A stretch of 63,587 nt of DNA, filler included, from Octopus bimaculoides (lineage: Eukaryota): NCBI RefSeq assembly GCF_001194135.2. It is 5 parts of 4 records of this genome, joined end to end, with 100 filler letters (N's around TTAATTAATTAA, not from the genome) between each part and the next. Parts side by side here need not be neighbours in the genome. Positions count along the whole stretch, not along the records: positions 60,909 to 63,587 come from NW_026330882.1; 4 more parts are not named here. One strand, given 5' to 3'. Shown here in pieces: positions 62,291 to 63,587 of the stretch. The translations under genes were made by a program, and so were the position numbers. Under the pieces are notes generated by a model. The model ran no database searches and was not told the origin of the DNA. It saw nothing but the letters and a program-made list of their open reading frames with translations. Position 1 is the first letter of the stretch, and each line of letters begins with the position of its first letter.

Positions 62291-63491
62291 TTCACACAGT
62301 TATGACCATAAGATTTAAATATGGCTTTGATTCAGTCATCATGAACTTCAGTAGGTCAACCAGAATGTTGGCCTACATTGGGTAAAAAATTTCCAGGACA
62401 GAATTTCTAAAACCATTTCTCACATGTGTCCTCTTAAGCAATCAACACCATAAACTTTACATACCTCTTTGTGAGCCTCAGCAGGTTTTTGCCTTTACAT
62501 GAATAAATAAGTAAAAATATGGCGAACATATGGATATCCCAAAAACATGTGGAATATCCCATCATTGGAGACAGATGGTGAGAAAGTAAGAGGGTATAGA
62601 TTATGGAAACAATGGAGAGAAAAAGGATAATATATATATATATATATATAAAAGTTCATAGTTTAAGGTTCCGAGAGTGTAGGTGCTAATCCATTATGAA
62701 CTTTTGACATGCAAGTATTCTTCCTGGAAATCTACAGTATAAGGAATGTTATCTTACATGGATTTACGTTGGATTGTACCTAACAACTCATGGATTAACA
62801 CTATCAGAAACTTAAGCTGTGAACTTCTATAAATATTTGTTCATTTTCTCTTTTTCCTAAATCTCTCCATTGTTTCTGTAATCTATATGTTCTCATTATC
62901 TTACCATATGCTTCCAGCTTTAATTCCACATGCTTTTGGGATATCCTAGAAACAGCTGTAAGACTTTAAAAATTGCTTAATAATTGTTATTAACAATAAA
63001 ATATATGACTTGAGATGTCTTGCTTTAGTGTTTGATTTCCTTTTTAACAAATTTATATATATATAAATGTGTTTTGCAAACAACTTGTACATGCAAGTGC
63101 TACCAGTTGAGAACTCCGCATACCAGAAGACAGCAAGTGTATGGGGTCATCAGGAGGGAATGTGCCGCCATTGCAGGGACTAATTCTCAATGGCATCAAT
63201 GCACACCAGCCCTCATCACTGATATGAGGCCTTGCTTGCTAGATCAACTGGTCATCATGTAAAGCTCAATAGTCTTCTAGTCATCACTTATCTTTTTAAC
63301 CAAACCCATGGACCTATGCAGGATTGCGTCTGAGGACTCATGCTCTTGTTTTGATAACTTTGGAAAGTTAAACTATGAACATTTATGCTTTCTTTTTCTT
63401 TATTCTTTCTTCTGATTCCTTTAATCCCGTTCTCTATGTCATCATCACATTTATATATACCATTCTCATTTTTCCTATTTTTTCCCTATTT

Positions 63492-63547
63492 GTCTCTGTT
63501 GACGGAATATATCATAATCGGGTATATCCCAGAGACAGCTGTAAGAC
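63492..63547 (+). ncRNA. degenerate type-I hammerhead-like motif in a Penelope-like repeat
   Basis: GTCT / CTGTTGA / GGAATATA..TATATCC / GAGA C AGCT GTA / AGAC; a sister copy at 62949-62964 keeps GAAACAGCTGTAAGAC. Confidence 0.45.
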
Positions 63548-63587
63548 TTTGAATTTTTTCAATGACAATATTGTATATGGATTGAGA

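Overview
Animal genomic DNA: AT-rich and dense in repeats and microsatellites. The SINE families and (CA)n/(TA)n density suggest an octopus or other coleoid cephalopod (inference, not verified). The window is five contigs joined by artificial 100-bp spacers (44 N + TTAATTAATTAA + 44 N), so adjacency across the joins is unproven. Only one host gene is clearly recognisable: the first two coding exons of a + strand tetraspanin (14955-15017, 21456-21671); I could not find its later exons. The rest is mostly decayed mobile DNA. DNA transposons: a 4.7-kb hAT-related element with ~400-bp TIRs and nested piggyBac/Merlin/RTE/SINE pieces, plus mariner, MITE and Helentron-like elements. LINEs: RTE (with three C-terminal C2H2 fingers), CR1-like, R4/Dong-like and Tx1-like. 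There are also about 25 tRNA-type SINEs. The most interesting signal is several minimal type-I hammerhead-ribozyme-like motifs with non-canonical cores in Penelope-like repeats, some in large fold-back palindromes. No intact new protein system is evident. All repeat boundaries are approximate unless stated.
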